From IMG/VR virus record IMGVR_UViG_3300025601_000007: a DNA stretch of 64,000 nt; one strand, given 5' to 3'. Shown piece by piece: positions 46,564 through 57,570 of the stretch. The notes beneath the pieces are model-generated. The model searched no databases, was not told where the DNA came from, and saw only the letters and a list, made by a program, of their open reading frames with translations. The first letter of the stretch is position 1, and every line of letters begins with the position of its first letter. This stretch comes from a virus. Its lineage: Duplodnaviria > Caudoviricetes. The position numbers and the translations under genes are program-made.

Positions 46564-47312
46564 TATCTTTCTTCTGAGGTTTCAGGGCTGGATAGACTGC
46601 TTCCAGCTGCATTTGTTTCAATAGGAAGCTCTTCTCCAGTGGGGTTTATTAGATTTAAAAATGTTCTCACCATTTCTCCAGACTGAATATCTGTCAAGCC
46701 TTGCGATGTTAAATAGTGCTCTACTGGGTTAAGTCTTGAATCTACGTAGTCGTTGCAAACTTTAAATTTACTTCTAGGCAATTGACTGTGGCTAAAGTTT
46801 AATTTTACAGGGATATAATAGCTGTCTTGAATGTTTATTGGGACAAGCTCTTCTCTAGGTGTGTCAATTCTTATTTGGCTCAAAAGACTTTCAGGGAGCC
46901 CTGTCATTGGTTTTGTTGTAACATCTCCTTCCCACTTAAACCATCCATCATTCACGATTATTGAGATAGTGTTTGCAAGAGATTCATCGATAGCTGCCGT
47001 AACAGACACTTGTTGCCCCTGAAGTTCTGATTCAAAAAATTTATTAAACACCGCTTGAAGCTTTGAGTCGTCATAAAATATTTCCAGAAACTCAGCCTCA
47101 GTTGTGGCTCCTTTAATAAATACAATGAACTGGTCAATAATAAGCTGATTCTGGGGGTCGTTTAGATAAGCGCGTACATTGAACTCACTGGTCAACCCGC
47201 CGCCTAAGTTTTGAGTATAGACATAATAGTTGTTTTGCAGGTCAAGGCCGCTATTGACGACTGGTCCATTTGTTTTAAATCTTTTGTTTATAATTATGTT
47301 GTGCTTCTGCAT
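46563..47312 (-). CDS. Hypothetical structural protein
   Basis: 249 aa, translationally coupled. Confidence 0.65.
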   Translation of the reverse strand: MQKHNIIINKRFKTNGPVVNSGLDLQNNYYVYTQNLGGGLTSEFNVRAYLNDPQNQLIIDQFIVFIKGATTEAEFLEIFYDDSKLQAVFNKFFESELQGQQVSVTAAIDESLANTISIIVNDGWFKWEGDVTTKPMTGLPESLLSQIRIDTPREELVPINIQDSYYIPVKLNFSHSQLPRSKFKVCNDYVDSRLNPVEHYLTSQGLTDIQSGEMVRTFLNLINPTGEELPIETNAAGSSLSSPETSEER

Positions 47313-47833
47313 TATCTATTAATAGCTGTTTTCAATACCTCTGCTTTTGAGATAATGTTGGTTAGATTTATCTGAGCCTTTTCTATGTCATATATCGTTG
47401 TGTCGCTCCCAAGCACACTTGCCCACGGCAGCTCATTTCTCCCTCCAGAGTCGAACCAGTTTTTTAATTCATCATCACTTAAAAACGATACATCAAATCT
47501 TACACTTCGAATAAAGTTTAATTGAGAAAAACTTAAATCTTCTCCATTGTTGACTTTGTTTCTGGCGATGTCATCGAAAAAGCCGTATTCCAAAAAGTAT
47601 GGATTTATTTCTTGCCTTGGGATTTTTTTTATACCAGTGTCAATTTGTGTGTCAACATACTCATGTATCTCAAACGTTTGATTGAGGTTTACATTGATGT
47701 AAAAATCAAACTCAGGCCGCATACCTAAGCTTCTAGTTGAGACTTGAAACACGCCGTAGCCTTGAGTGAAGGCTGAACTCGGCCTCACGTCTATGTATAT
47801 TTGAGTTTTTACTATGTCGTTTTGATATGTCAT
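47312..47833 (-). CDS. Hypothetical structural protein
   Basis: 173 aa; TTATTTAT motif at 47839-47846. Confidence 0.65.
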   Translation of the reverse strand: MTYQNDIVKTQIYIDVRPSSAFTQGYGVFQVSTRSLGMRPEFDFYINVNLNQTFEIHEYVDTQIDTGIKKIPRQEINPYFLEYGFFDDIARNKVNNGEDLSFSQLNFIRSVRFDVSFLSDDELKNWFDSGGRNELPWASVLGSDTTIYDIEKAQINLTNIISKAEVLKTAINR

Positions 47834-47856
47834 CTATTATAAATAACCTGTTTCAA

Positions 47857-50800
47857 TTATTCTATGTTAAATCTAAAGCCTCCGAGACCATTTCTTCCTG
47901 TGTTTAGTTCTCCGACCTCTATTCCAGGCGCAAATTGTTTTGCTTTTAAAGAGAAAGGGTTTATATCAGGCTCTTCTTCAGTCTCTAAATCGAGCACTTC
48001 TTCAAAAATGTCTGATAAAAAATCTCCCAGGGTTTCAATAAGGTTTGCATTTTCTCCCTCATTGTATCCGTCAAAGTTTACTAAATTATCCAATTGAACG
48101 TTGAGTCCTGGAGTTTTGGAAACCAAGGTTAGCTTGTTGTTGGTGACACTTCCTGAAAAAGGTCCTTCTGGTACTTCATTGCCATTCCCCTCGTCGAGTC
48201 TTAGTCTCAGTATCGCATTTGGCTCCAATGGACCATTTTCATCCGACACTGGGATGGGGAAACCATTCCACCAAGTATTTGCAGCCCTTTTTGTAGCAGA
48301 ACTCGAAGGTCCACCAACAGTAAGTGTGTATGCCCCATCGCCATTGCCTAGAGTTATGTCAAATGAACGTGTACCGTTAAAGTTGTTTCCAATATCAGAC
48401 ATGTCTTCAATCTGAACTTCCCATATAGCTCTTGTGTTTTGAGTAGATATGATTTCACTGGTGCATGGTATAGGGACTATGGGGGCGGCTCTAAATTCTC
48501 CCATAAACTCTATTTCATCGTTTTCATTCAGAAAAAACCCTTGCTGTGTTAAGTTTTCTTCGTTGAGAGGCAAAAGGCTTGACGATAAAAGGAGAACCCC
48601 GTTTATGATAACACTTCCATATTCCATAATTTGATTTTGGTCAGGACTGAATGTGGCCTCATAATACGATACCCCTTTTAGGTCATTAGCGTTTAATCTA
48701 AAATTACACTGCTCAAGAGTTGAGTCATATGGGTATAAAATGTCTCGATACCCCGTAACAAGGTATCTATCAACTACCGCCCCCTCCGTAGCTTGTATAG
48801 GAGCAGAAGGTATATAGGTTTCTTTGTAGCCTAATTTGTTGATTGTGAATTTGTATCTAGATTCCTGATTTTGGTTAGAATTGGCATAGAGAGATACCCT
48901 CATTGGCATTTGAGGGTTCAATTGGAAAGTGTTCAAATAATTAACTAATGTGATTGGGTTCTTAGAAAACACAACTAGCCTCACTCCAGGGCTAGTTGAT
49001 GTTAACGTTATTTTTCTTGCATCATCATCGAATACTGCTTTAAATGGTTTAGGGGTGCCATATAACCTATACCAGTCACTTGGTCCATCATCTAGTCGAG
49101 ACTTCATGTTTTCGTATATGTATTGAAAACTTCCGAGGGAAGTGGCAGCTATATCTGTTCCATTTATATTGATGTTCCCAACAGCGCTGATTGGCAAGTC
49201 ATCTAATGAATTAATTAACACATCTTCATAAATAATTTCAACCTTGTGAAGGAGATTGTCTGAGTACGGGGTTTTTATTCTAAATGTCCTTGACTCCTGA
49301 GCCTCTATTGTAGAAGATGCGTCAGTACCTAGGAGTTCATTTGGAGGAATAATTGTTCGAATGCCTTCATTTGTAATCGTGAGGTCAAAGAAGTCATTTG
49401 TATAGAACTCTTCATTTCGGCCTTGCCAAAAGTTTCCATTCCTCAAAATTGAGGGGCCAGGCGCTGTTCTATCGAAGTCTTCATCAGCTGTTATGTCATA
49501 AGAAGTTCTTCCAGTAAACCTTGCTCTGTTTTCCCAGATATTTCCAAAATTGTATCTTACTTCTTTTTGAACAGTATTGTCGAGAAGTGTAAGCCCGTGA
49601 TAAGGAAATACTCCTTTTTCTACTCGGACCGCATTTTCTCCATCAATTTTAAAAAACTCATCTAACTCAATTTCAAAGTCGGTATTTGCTTGAAATGTAA
49701 ACAACTTATTTTGTTCAATTGTGGTCCACTCCAAATCTAAGGGGAGGCTCACTTGATTGCCTTCATGAAATATAGATATATCAGGAGCTGTACCAACAAA
49801 ATACCTTGAACTGTTTGTGTTGTCTGGGATATCAAAAAACTGAGCACTTAGGACTATTGCTGTAAAATCAAATTCTTCATTATCTCCAAAAAACCCTAGT
49901 GTGGATACTGCTTCAATAGTATATGCCCCTTGATAGTCTCCATCTAGTATTCGAAGGTTTTGTCCAACAGTAAAATATTGAAGGTTATCAGGGAGAATAG
50001 GAATTAAAACAAATGCATTACCATTTAGAGCTGCTAGTGACTGGTCTTCTTGTTCAGGCGGAATATTAACCTCAAAAACCCTCTGTGGGTTATCTGCACC
50101 CAAACCAGACAAAACCCCTTGTGAATACCCTGCAAAGGGTGTATTGGGGCTCCATGTTAAAGTTAATCTTTCATTTCCGAAAGGGCTAAGTTTATCCAGA
50201 GACAAAGTGTGGTTCACAGACTGTCCTTCTGACAAGGTGGTTTCAGGGGCATCCCATGTGTATTTAGCAACTTTTTCCTCTATAATATCATAATCCAGTC
50301 TTATCCAGTGTTTGTTGAAGAAGAATGGAAAGTTGTTTTCTATTAACACTGAACTATCAAGATTGATGTCTAGCGTTTCGGTTCCGTATGGTGCAAAATT
50401 CCCTTCAGTATCATAGTGGACTAGCTTTTGACTCCAGCGCTGTTGCTTGTAGCTAAAATTGTCTGAATCTACTTGAAAGTAGACATCATCAGAAAAGAAG
50501 CTATCAACCTCTAAAATATATTTTCCTCTCTTTTTTCCGAACACATTTTCTTTTCCATATGAAACAAGAGTTGTCTCAACAGAGTCTATTTCGTTCAAAT
50601 ACAAAGGGTCCGTAAACACTCTTATAGTTAAATTATTACAATCAATTATTGTACTAGATATTTCTCCGTAAATTCGAAAATTTCGAGACGCATTTCTTTC
50701 TTTTACAAATTGCTCGGCTAAGTCAAAGTTGTTGTCATATCGGCTTTGATTCATGTTTTTATAAGATTGAACCAAATCAATCTCTAAAAACAAATCAACA

Positions 50801-50859
50801 TCCTCAGACGATGCGTTTTTTAAAGCCGTCAGTAATATTTTATGTTTCTTTTTATTCAT
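47857..50859 (-). CDS. Large structural (tail-associated) protein
   Basis: 1000 aa; FVKERNASRNFRIYG N-terminal motif; Calx-beta-like segments. Confidence 0.7.
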   Translation of the reverse strand: MNKKKHKILLTALKNASSEDVDLFLEIDLVQSYKNMNQSRYDNNFDLAEQFVKERNASRNFRIYGEISSTIIDCNNLTIRVFTDPLYLNEIDSVETTLVSYGKENVFGKKRGKYILEVDSFFSDDVYFQVDSDNFSYKQQRWSQKLVHYDTEGNFAPYGTETLDINLDSSVLIENNFPFFFNKHWIRLDYDIIEEKVAKYTWDAPETTLSEGQSVNHTLSLDKLSPFGNERLTLTWSPNTPFAGYSQGVLSGLGADNPQRVFEVNIPPEQEDQSLAALNGNAFVLIPILPDNLQYFTVGQNLRILDGDYQGAYTIEAVSTLGFFGDNEEFDFTAIVLSAQFFDIPDNTNSSRYFVGTAPDISIFHEGNQVSLPLDLEWTTIEQNKLFTFQANTDFEIELDEFFKIDGENAVRVEKGVFPYHGLTLLDNTVQKEVRYNFGNIWENRARFTGRTSYDITADEDFDRTAPGPSILRNGNFWQGRNEEFYTNDFFDLTITNEGIRTIIPPNELLGTDASSTIEAQESRTFRIKTPYSDNLLHKVEIIYEDVLINSLDDLPISAVGNININGTDIAATSLGSFQYIYENMKSRLDDGPSDWYRLYGTPKPFKAVFDDDARKITLTSTSPGVRLVVFSKNPITLVNYLNTFQLNPQMPMRVSLYANSNQNQESRYKFTINKLGYKETYIPSAPIQATEGAVVDRYLVTGYRDILYPYDSTLEQCNFRLNANDLKGVSYYEATFSPDQNQIMEYGSVIINGVLLLSSSLLPLNEENLTQQGFFLNENDEIEFMGEFRAAPIVPIPCTSEIISTQNTRAIWEVQIEDMSDIGNNFNGTRSFDITLGNGDGAYTLTVGGPSSSATKRAANTWWNGFPIPVSDENGPLEPNAILRLRLDEGNGNEVPEGPFSGSVTNNKLTLVSKTPGLNVQLDNLVNFDGYNEGENANLIETLGDFLSDIFEEVLDLETEEEPDINPFSLKAKQFAPGIEVGELNTGRNGLGGFRFNIE

Positions 50860-50861
50860 TA

Positions 50862-53800
50862 TTAAAAGATGTCATCAAGTAAGTTAGATAGTCCACTAAT
50901 CACTCCGCCTAAATCCCCGTCAAGAGCTAGATTAAACACGCTTTGAACTGTATCGCTATCAATAATTTGATAACCGCTGTCCTCTATACAGGTTAGCTCA
51001 TAAGGAGATTGAGAGCTCCAGTATGAAGCCGCGTGCCTTTTGCTGTTTGCGCCATCCCAAAAAGAGCCTCGATATCTTATGTCAGCAGTGTTTTGATAAT
51101 AACGAGGGCCTCCGTTGCATTTTTGGTTTCCAGTCAAGCTTGACCTTGTTTTTACGTTCTTAGAGATAGAGTGTAAATGAACCTTGTTATGAATGCCGCC
51201 TGGAGGCGTGGACGCAAGCTCTCTAGTGATAATGTAATATGTGTTTGTTTTTCTCAAATTCTGAGAACCAGTAGTTGTTAAGTTTTTATAGAATTTAACA
51301 TTCCTAAACTCAAATTTGTAAACGCATTTTGTGTAATATCTCTCTGTATAATCATAGTCAGCATTGCTTTCTGCTTGACAAGTGAGATGAGACCAGTCAT
51401 TTGCCACTTCAAACAAGCTAAGTTCTATTCCTTGTCCAGCCGCTAAAGAATACGCATTTCCATTCCCAAATTTTATCTTAGCAGTTTTTATACCTAAGTT
51501 CTGAACATACAGCTTGGCGTCATTCACGGTTGACTGGTTTACTTCGCTATGCTCAGCATACCTCCATTCGTCTTGGTTTCCGTCGTCCTCAGTTTGTTTA
51601 AACTGAGGCTTTCTGTTTCCTGCTGTGTGTGACCCTTGAACTCTTGTTGGTCCAAAGTAAAATGTAATGGAAGATTCGTTTTCTTTTAATTTAAGAGGAT
51701 TGAGATTCTCATTTGGGTTCGAATTAACAATTCTGTAAAGGTCTAAATAGCCTGTCTTGATGAACGAATTTGAGTTTGAGCCTAAGTTTAAGTGTGTTTT
51801 TTGCCCCGTGTTAGACGCGATTACAGTCATCGAGTTAAAATGAGGAGATTTGCTTATGGTTCCGCCAACACTCCCTTCTTCTGGAGTCGTAATAGAGTTC
51901 GCATTACTTGCATTTAAGTCTTTGTCAAATGTAGCTTCTGATATTCCCCACCAAGAATATATTGCAGTTCTTGCCCAACCTTCTGGTTTCAGAAAGTATC
52001 CGTAACCACACTCGGTTCTTTGATACTTTTCTCCATTTAATACGCTTGATACGCCAGGCTGTGCTGGAAATGTTGGAATGTTTGGTTTGTATCCATTTGC
52101 ATATTCTTCACTTCTATTCCCTCTGTTTTCATATCGATATAAAGTATTTTTTGACACAAATCTTGAAAAATCAGTTCGGAACCAGTCTCCATTAGTTCTA
52201 TCAGACTCCACGCCATAACCACCAGTGCCTCCACCAAAGCCGTCATCTTGAAATTCTTCCACAAATGGATGTCCAATTCTGTCTCCATCTGTATACAAAG
52301 GGTGTTCTAGTACATATGAACCATCTTCTCCCGCGTTGTCATAAAAGTCTGGATTAGACTGAGATGGGAGCCTTGGTATTCCATATGGCTCAGGGTAATT
52401 ATGACTCCACGCCTTTTCATAGGGAAACACCCCATTTGATGCGCCTTCCGCAGCCGCAGAAATGGGCACTTCATCAAAGTTTTCATATGGAAAGTTTAAG
52501 TGAAAATGGTCTCTTCTTGAAAAGGTATTATCTTCAGTTAGGACTGTTTTTTGACCAGTAGCTCGGTATATAGCTTGCGGGCTATCATAAAACAGCTTCA
52601 TTTGATATGCTGCCAACCATACTCCACGGTTCCCAGTTGGGACTCCTTCTCTGTCAGTCTTTAAGCCTTGTGGGTCATAGCAATTGGCAGGGAGCTTAAA
52701 TGCTTGCCAGCCATCTCTTCTTATTTCAATGCGACTTTTGAGCTGTTTAAACTCATTTTTCCACATAAACTGCTGATTTTCTTCTCGGCTTCTAATGTCA
52801 GGAACTTCTACAACTTCAACATTTCGAATAGGATACCCCTCAGTAGCCATATCTCTAATCTGAACCTGAACAGGTGTTGGAACGCCCTGTGATTGTAATT
52901 GCTCAATTGTTTCCTCGTCTATCGCCACAGGGGGAACGAAGAACGTGCTCCATTTTCTGAGGTCAAGGTTTGAGTTTATGTTTACTTCTGTATATCCAGT
53001 CTGAAAATCGCCCCATGTTGGGACAACGTCAATTGGGAACTGCCGAAAAAAGAAAGAAGGAACAGTGTCAAAATTTGGTTGATTGTCTGCTGGGAATGGG
53101 AAAAAATTTAAAGATATTTCATCCTTAGTCAGCCCTTGCTTAAACATGTCAACTTCAAACACCATCGTTTGTGTCCCAGTAGGGACGTTGTGAATAACAA
53201 ATTCTCCCTCGTCATTCGTGTAGGTCATGAATTTATAATGAGAGGGCACTTGAGTGAAGTTGCTACCATCTTGTAAAAACTGCTCAGTATCTGCAGAGAA
53301 GCTCTCGGTATTAAAGTAGTCACTTTGTTTGCTAGCCTCTTTTAAGTTAAAACTAATTCGACTTCCATTATCATCTACATCAGTTGCGTCTGAAAACACG
53401 TCTGAGGGGGCAAACACGCCAATAGGGACATTTCTAAGCGGAATCTTGATATTGTTACCATTTTCATCTTTCACCTTCTGTATAGCCATTATACGGCCAA
53501 ACACAACTCCTGTGTCAGACTCTTGTGTGGGGAAAGAGTTTCTGAGATTGTTATATATTGATAGAGTGTCTAAAGTTTTTTGAGTTCTCTCTAAACCTAT
53601 TGTTATAAATAAATCATCCACAAGTTGTTCTCGGAAAAAAATGTAACTCTGAGAGTTTCCTGAAAACAGTTCGTTCATGTCAAGAGCAAAATTTCTTCTT
53701 GCTCTTGACTTTTGTGAAGAGGATAATGTGTAATCTAGAGTATTGGTGTAAACTGAGCCCGTAATTGTGCCAATTCCAGCAGATGCAGGATTAACCCCAG

Positions 53801-53984
53801 AGTTGTTCACTCCTTTGTTAATCCATTGTTGATTACCATCAAAAGTGGTAATTTCATAAGGGAGATTTAGGTTGTCAAAAGTCATGTACGCAGGACTCTT
53901 TCCTTCTCCTGGTTGAAGGAAGGTATCGAAGTATACTATTGTTGTACCTGTTTTAGATTCTTTATAAAGGATTTCCTCGCGCAT
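50862..53984 (-). CDS. Large structural (tail-associated) protein with transthyretin/carboxypeptidase-regulatory-like domain
   Basis: GVVFGRI..IPLRNVPIGVF..YTNDEGEFVIHNVPTGTQT; ATATTTAT at 53999-54006. Confidence 0.7.
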   Translation of the reverse strand: MREEILYKESKTGTTIVYFDTFLQPGEGKSPAYMTFDNLNLPYEITTFDGNQQWINKGVNNSGVNPASAGIGTITGSVYTNTLDYTLSSSQKSRARRNFALDMNELFSGNSQSYIFFREQLVDDLFITIGLERTQKTLDTLSIYNNLRNSFPTQESDTGVVFGRIMAIQKVKDENGNNIKIPLRNVPIGVFAPSDVFSDATDVDDNGSRISFNLKEASKQSDYFNTESFSADTEQFLQDGSNFTQVPSHYKFMTYTNDEGEFVIHNVPTGTQTMVFEVDMFKQGLTKDEISLNFFPFPADNQPNFDTVPSFFFRQFPIDVVPTWGDFQTGYTEVNINSNLDLRKWSTFFVPPVAIDEETIEQLQSQGVPTPVQVQIRDMATEGYPIRNVEVVEVPDIRSREENQQFMWKNEFKQLKSRIEIRRDGWQAFKLPANCYDPQGLKTDREGVPTGNRGVWLAAYQMKLFYDSPQAIYRATGQKTVLTEDNTFSRRDHFHLNFPYENFDEVPISAAAEGASNGVFPYEKAWSHNYPEPYGIPRLPSQSNPDFYDNAGEDGSYVLEHPLYTDGDRIGHPFVEEFQDDGFGGGTGGYGVESDRTNGDWFRTDFSRFVSKNTLYRYENRGNRSEEYANGYKPNIPTFPAQPGVSSVLNGEKYQRTECGYGYFLKPEGWARTAIYSWWGISEATFDKDLNASNANSITTPEEGSVGGTISKSPHFNSMTVIASNTGQKTHLNLGSNSNSFIKTGYLDLYRIVNSNPNENLNPLKLKENESSITFYFGPTRVQGSHTAGNRKPQFKQTEDDGNQDEWRYAEHSEVNQSTVNDAKLYVQNLGIKTAKIKFGNGNAYSLAAGQGIELSLFEVANDWSHLTCQAESNADYDYTERYYTKCVYKFEFRNVKFYKNLTTTGSQNLRKTNTYYIITRELASTPPGGIHNKVHLHSISKNVKTRSSLTGNQKCNGGPRYYQNTADIRYRGSFWDGANSKRHAASYWSSQSPYELTCIEDSGYQIIDSDTVQSVFNLALDGDLGGVISGLSNLLDDIF

Positions 53985-54112
53985 CTACTTGCTTTTCAAT
54001 AAATATGCGCGAGGAAATTTATAATCTAAATAAAGCAGCCGTCTAACTTATAGTAGATTTAAGCTTTTTAAGAGAAATCATGTTCGAATCTAAAGGTCCT
54101 GACAAAGAAAAA

Positions 54113-55978
54113 TTAAGAGGCAACTCGCACCCTAATATCTTTATTTGGATTCCTGAGCTCAAACATAGCTAAAGAGCTTCCAAAAATGGCGTTGTCCTGT
54201 GGGTTCATAGCTACTCTGTATCCTCCAGTTCCAATGATGTTTTCAATTGCCCCTGTGGATTGAGCATGTAGCGTCTCTGAGTACCCACCTCCTTGCATGT
54301 TGAAGAAATCAATGTCTACAACGTTTACTACGCCTGGAAGCTCTCTCAACATATCGGTAAGCTGCGATATGTAAATGTTTTGCCCCATTTGCCAATTGTC
54401 TACATCAAAGAATTTTTCGACTTCATCAATAGCGGCTGCTTTAATCTCCCTTGTGTTGAAGTTGTTGTTATCAATGTACAAATCAATGTTCAGTGAAATA
54501 TTTATAACTTTTGCATCGTTTATTTCTACAAAGTCATTTACCATTCTATATTTGGAAAGATAGGTCACGATGTTGCTTTTTATTCTACTGGTGGAATTCG
54601 CAACAAGCTTCCCTTTTCCATTGATGGAAAGAATGTACATTTTAACTTTGTTATCTGAAACTTTAGAATGCAATCTGAATGGAACTCCAAACTTTCCATC
54701 CATCTGGTATGCTCTAGATGTGTAATCACCTATGGTTACACATCTTTCTTGTGCAGCATGGTTAGCTGAGATGTTATATTTTATCTCTTCAGTAGACGGC
54801 AGGCCTTTACCTCCAATCCCAGGAATAGGGTTGTTTGACTTGGTAGATGCAACTACTTCCGCGTTCGTAGCTTCACTTACCCCGTTTATTACTGATTCTA
54901 TATTTGCGACAGAAGTAAGAGTTGAGGCTCCTACGTTTGAAAGCTGCCCTCCTCCTACTCGATATTGAACATAAACAGTTGCGCTCTGAGGAATTTTATT
55001 TCCAAGAGCAGTGTTGTCTAAAATGTCTGAGACATTTAAGTTTGAATTATCCTGACATACGTCTTCTCCAGAAAGAGCGTTAATGTAAGTAGTGTATGCA
55101 GCATAGTCTTCATCTCCTCCGCCAAAAGTAATTCGGCAACTTCCATCCGCTAGAAATTCTTTTTCAAATCGTTTAGGGACATCTTTCCAATAGCCTATTT
55201 GAATTCCATTTACCTGAGAGAAATTATCGTTCTCCATGAATATTTGAGAGGTTGGCAAAAAGTCTACCTCATAGTATTTCATTGTGTCGTCGTTCCACTC
55301 TGAGTAAGTAGGTATCTTGTTGACACCTGCCGATGTGTATACGATAATTGAAATTATTTCCAGCACATTTTTTTCAGGAAGTTCAATCTGGTAAAAAGGA
55401 ACGCCCCCATCGGTTGTAACATCTTGCCTAAATGTCTTTGTTACTCCAGCGCGAATCTCTTCTCTTTTGACAATTCTATATTTTAGGAGGTCTTGGTTTG
55501 CGTTGAGAACTGGTTGAATAGTTCTGTTTGCTATTCCATTATCAGAAAAATCACTTGAAAAATCAATGTCATTGAGGGTTTCAAATATTTGACCAGCCCC
55601 TTTTACCTGCATACCCCTTCTGTATAACGGTAGATAAGTTATGCTTGGCCCAGTAGAGGTAGCGGGAACATCTATTATAACGTCAATCAGCGACACAGCT
55701 GGGCGAACGCCAGGCACTTTATACCCTTTTGTTTTAGCAAGGCGATAAACGGAGACTCTTTCTTGAACTCCATCCAAAAATAATTCATTAAACTTTTTGT
55801 CAGCAACATAGCTAAGCAAGTCGCCAACATAAGCATTTAGCTCAAGCATGGCCATTCCAGGTGACGCGACATTAAAATCTTGCCATTGGTCAGGAAAGTA
55901 TGCTTTTAAATACTTTATTAGGTCCTGTTTTATTGTTTGAAAATCTCTGCTGAGATAGTTTACTTGAATTTGTCTCAT
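54113..55978 (-). CDS. Baseplate wedge subunit (T4 gp6 / baseplate J-like)
   Basis: YLSRDFQTIKQDL..DFNVASPG..LLELNAYVGD.LS..; ITFGGG; QYRVGGG; AQERCVT..DY. Confidence 0.9.
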   Translation of the reverse strand: MRQIQVNYLSRDFQTIKQDLIKYLKAYFPDQWQDFNVASPGMAMLELNAYVGDLLSYVADKKFNELFLDGVQERVSVYRLAKTKGYKVPGVRPAVSLIDVIIDVPATSTGPSITYLPLYRRGMQVKGAGQIFETLNDIDFSSDFSDNGIANRTIQPVLNANQDLLKYRIVKREEIRAGVTKTFRQDVTTDGGVPFYQIELPEKNVLEIISIIVYTSAGVNKIPTYSEWNDDTMKYYEVDFLPTSQIFMENDNFSQVNGIQIGYWKDVPKRFEKEFLADGSCRITFGGGDEDYAAYTTYINALSGEDVCQDNSNLNVSDILDNTALGNKIPQSATVYVQYRVGGGQLSNVGASTLTSVANIESVINGVSEATNAEVVASTKSNNPIPGIGGKGLPSTEEIKYNISANHAAQERCVTIGDYTSRAYQMDGKFGVPFRLHSKVSDNKVKMYILSINGKGKLVANSTSRIKSNIVTYLSKYRMVNDFVEINDAKVINISLNIDLYIDNNNFNTREIKAAAIDEVEKFFDVDNWQMGQNIYISQLTDMLRELPGVVNVVDIDFFNMQGGGYSETLHAQSTGAIENIIGTGGYRVAMNPQDNAIFGSSLAMFELRNPNKDIRVRVAS

Positions 55979-56361
55979 TGTCCGTCATCAAAATTTACTG
56001 TAATTGATACATCGTCTTTTAAACCCCCTAATTCTGGGATTTTATAAATAACATCCACAGTCAATGTATAGCTCTCTTCATTAAAACTGTAGTTGATAGT
56101 ACTTATGCTTATGTTTGGAATAAATTCGATAATTTTATCAGTAAGTTCCTTGTTTAATTCCGATTGAGCCCTTGAGTCCCACGGCTCGAATATATAATCA
56201 TACAGAGGTGAGTACAAGCGGTTGTTCATTACGCGCTGACCTCTCTTGGTGGTCAACAGCGAAATTAAATTCGTGCGTATAGCATCTGCATCTGTTTTTG
56301 TAGTAGAAAACATGCCCCCTTGGCTGGTTTGTTGGAAAGGAAATCGAACTCCGATATACAT
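55975..56361 (-). CDS. Baseplate protein, gp25/GpW-like
   Basis: IGVRFPF..IRTNLISLLTTKRGQRVMN. Confidence 0.9.
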   Translation of the reverse strand: MYIGVRFPFQQTSQGGMFSTTKTDADAIRTNLISLLTTKRGQRVMNNRLYSPLYDYIFEPWDSRAQSELNKELTDKIIEFIPNISISTINYSFNEESYTLTVDVIYKIPELGGLKDDVSITVNFDDGQ

Positions 56362-56378
56362 CTGTAATACAGTTTCTC

Positions 56379-56417
56379 ATAAATAGAGGCGGGAAAAAAA
56401 GACCGCTATCTATTTAT
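56379..56417. promoter_or_regulatory. Back-to-back CTATTTAT motifs (minus 56379-56386; plus 56410-56417)
   Basis: Flank the divergent gp25-like and endonuclease genes. Confidence 0.6.
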
Positions 56418-56451
56418 TTAAAAAGCACACGTAGATGTCAATTTTCAAGAT

Positions 56452-57570
56452 ATGAGGCGATTAACAACAATAGAGTTTATACAAAAATCTACAATGATGA
56501 ATAATTGTAGATATTCTTACAGTAATGTCATTTATAAAAATGCTAGAACAAATGTTGTAATAACTTGCATTAAACATGGTAATTTTTCTCAAAACCCCAG
56601 CGTTCATCTACATCAAAAAAGTGGGTGTCCTAAATGCAAATCTTATGCCAATGGCGTTTTAAAAAAATCAAACACTCACGATTTCACTGAAAAATCCATA
56701 ATTGTACATGGGGCTACATATGATTATTCTTTAGTTGAGTATGAAAATAATCAAAAAAAGGTAAAAATTATATGTAGTTCACACGGAGAGTTTAGCCAAA
56801 CCCCAGCCAATCATTTATTTGGCAGCGGATGTAAACAGTGCGCCGATTGCAAATCGTCCAAAGCTCTAGTTTTGGGTCTTAAATCTTTTTCAGATAAAGC
56901 AAAAATGACTCATGGAGATAAATATAACTACTCCAGCGTTAACTACATTAATACAGCTACAAAAGTAAAAATTATATGCAGTTCACACGGAGAATTTAGT
57001 CAAACTCCAAATTCTCACCTTCAAGGAAATGGTTGCCCTCGGTGCTCAGGAAAAGCTAAGTACAACAAAAAAAAATTTCTTTTAAGAGCTATGGAAGTAC
57101 ATGGAAATCGTTATAAGTATACTGCCATAGGAAAAAATATTACCAATCGCACAAAAATTAATATCGACTGCTTAAAGCATGGAATTTTTGAGCAGTCGAT
57201 TGATGCTCACATAAATAAAAAACAAGGATGCCCTGTATGTAATACATCGAAAGGAGAGCTATTAATACAAGAATATCTAACCCTTAGAAAAATAAAGTTT
57301 TTTCCTCAAAAAACTTTTAATGATTGCATTAACCCAAAAACTGGAAAAAAACTTTATTTTGACTTCTATGTTGACGAGTTAAATACATGCATAGAATACG
57401 ATGGCGAACAACATGAGAAATCTATTGCACATTGGGGAGGGGAAAGAGGTTTTACTAAAAGGAAAGAACTTGATTCTATTAAAAATGATTACTGTGTAAA
57501 AAATGACATATCCTTGATTAGAATCAGGTTTGACGAAAAAATAAACTTAAAGCTTAACAACTTGCTATGA
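56452..57570 (+). CDS. Putative homing endonuclease: four DUF723-type zinc repeats + C-terminal PD-(D/E)XK/Vsr-like nuclease
   Basis: CxxHGxFxQxPxxH..GCxxC four times; LYFDFYV..CIEYDGEQHE..KNDYC..LIRI. Confidence 0.85.
   Translation: MRRLTTIEFIQKSTMMNNCRYSYSNVIYKNARTNVVITCIKHGNFSQNPSVHLHQKSGCPKCKSYANGVLKKSNTHDFTEKSIIVHGATYDYSLVEYENNQKKVKIICSSHGEFSQTPANHLFGSGCKQCADCKSSKALVLGLKSFSDKAKMTHGDKYNYSSVNYINTATKVKIICSSHGEFSQTPNSHLQGNGCPRCSGKAKYNKKKFLLRAMEVHGNRYKYTAIGKNITNRTKINIDCLKHGIFEQSIDAHINKKQGCPVCNTSKGELLIQEYLTLRKIKFFPQKTFNDCINPKTGKKLYFDFYVDELNTCIEYDGEQHEKSIAHWGGERGFTKRKELDSIKNDYCVKNDISLIRIRFDEKINLKLNNLL

Noticed and set aside
54081-54090. GTTCGAATC T-loop-like sequence as a tRNA
   Set aside because: No flanking T-stem or acceptor pairing
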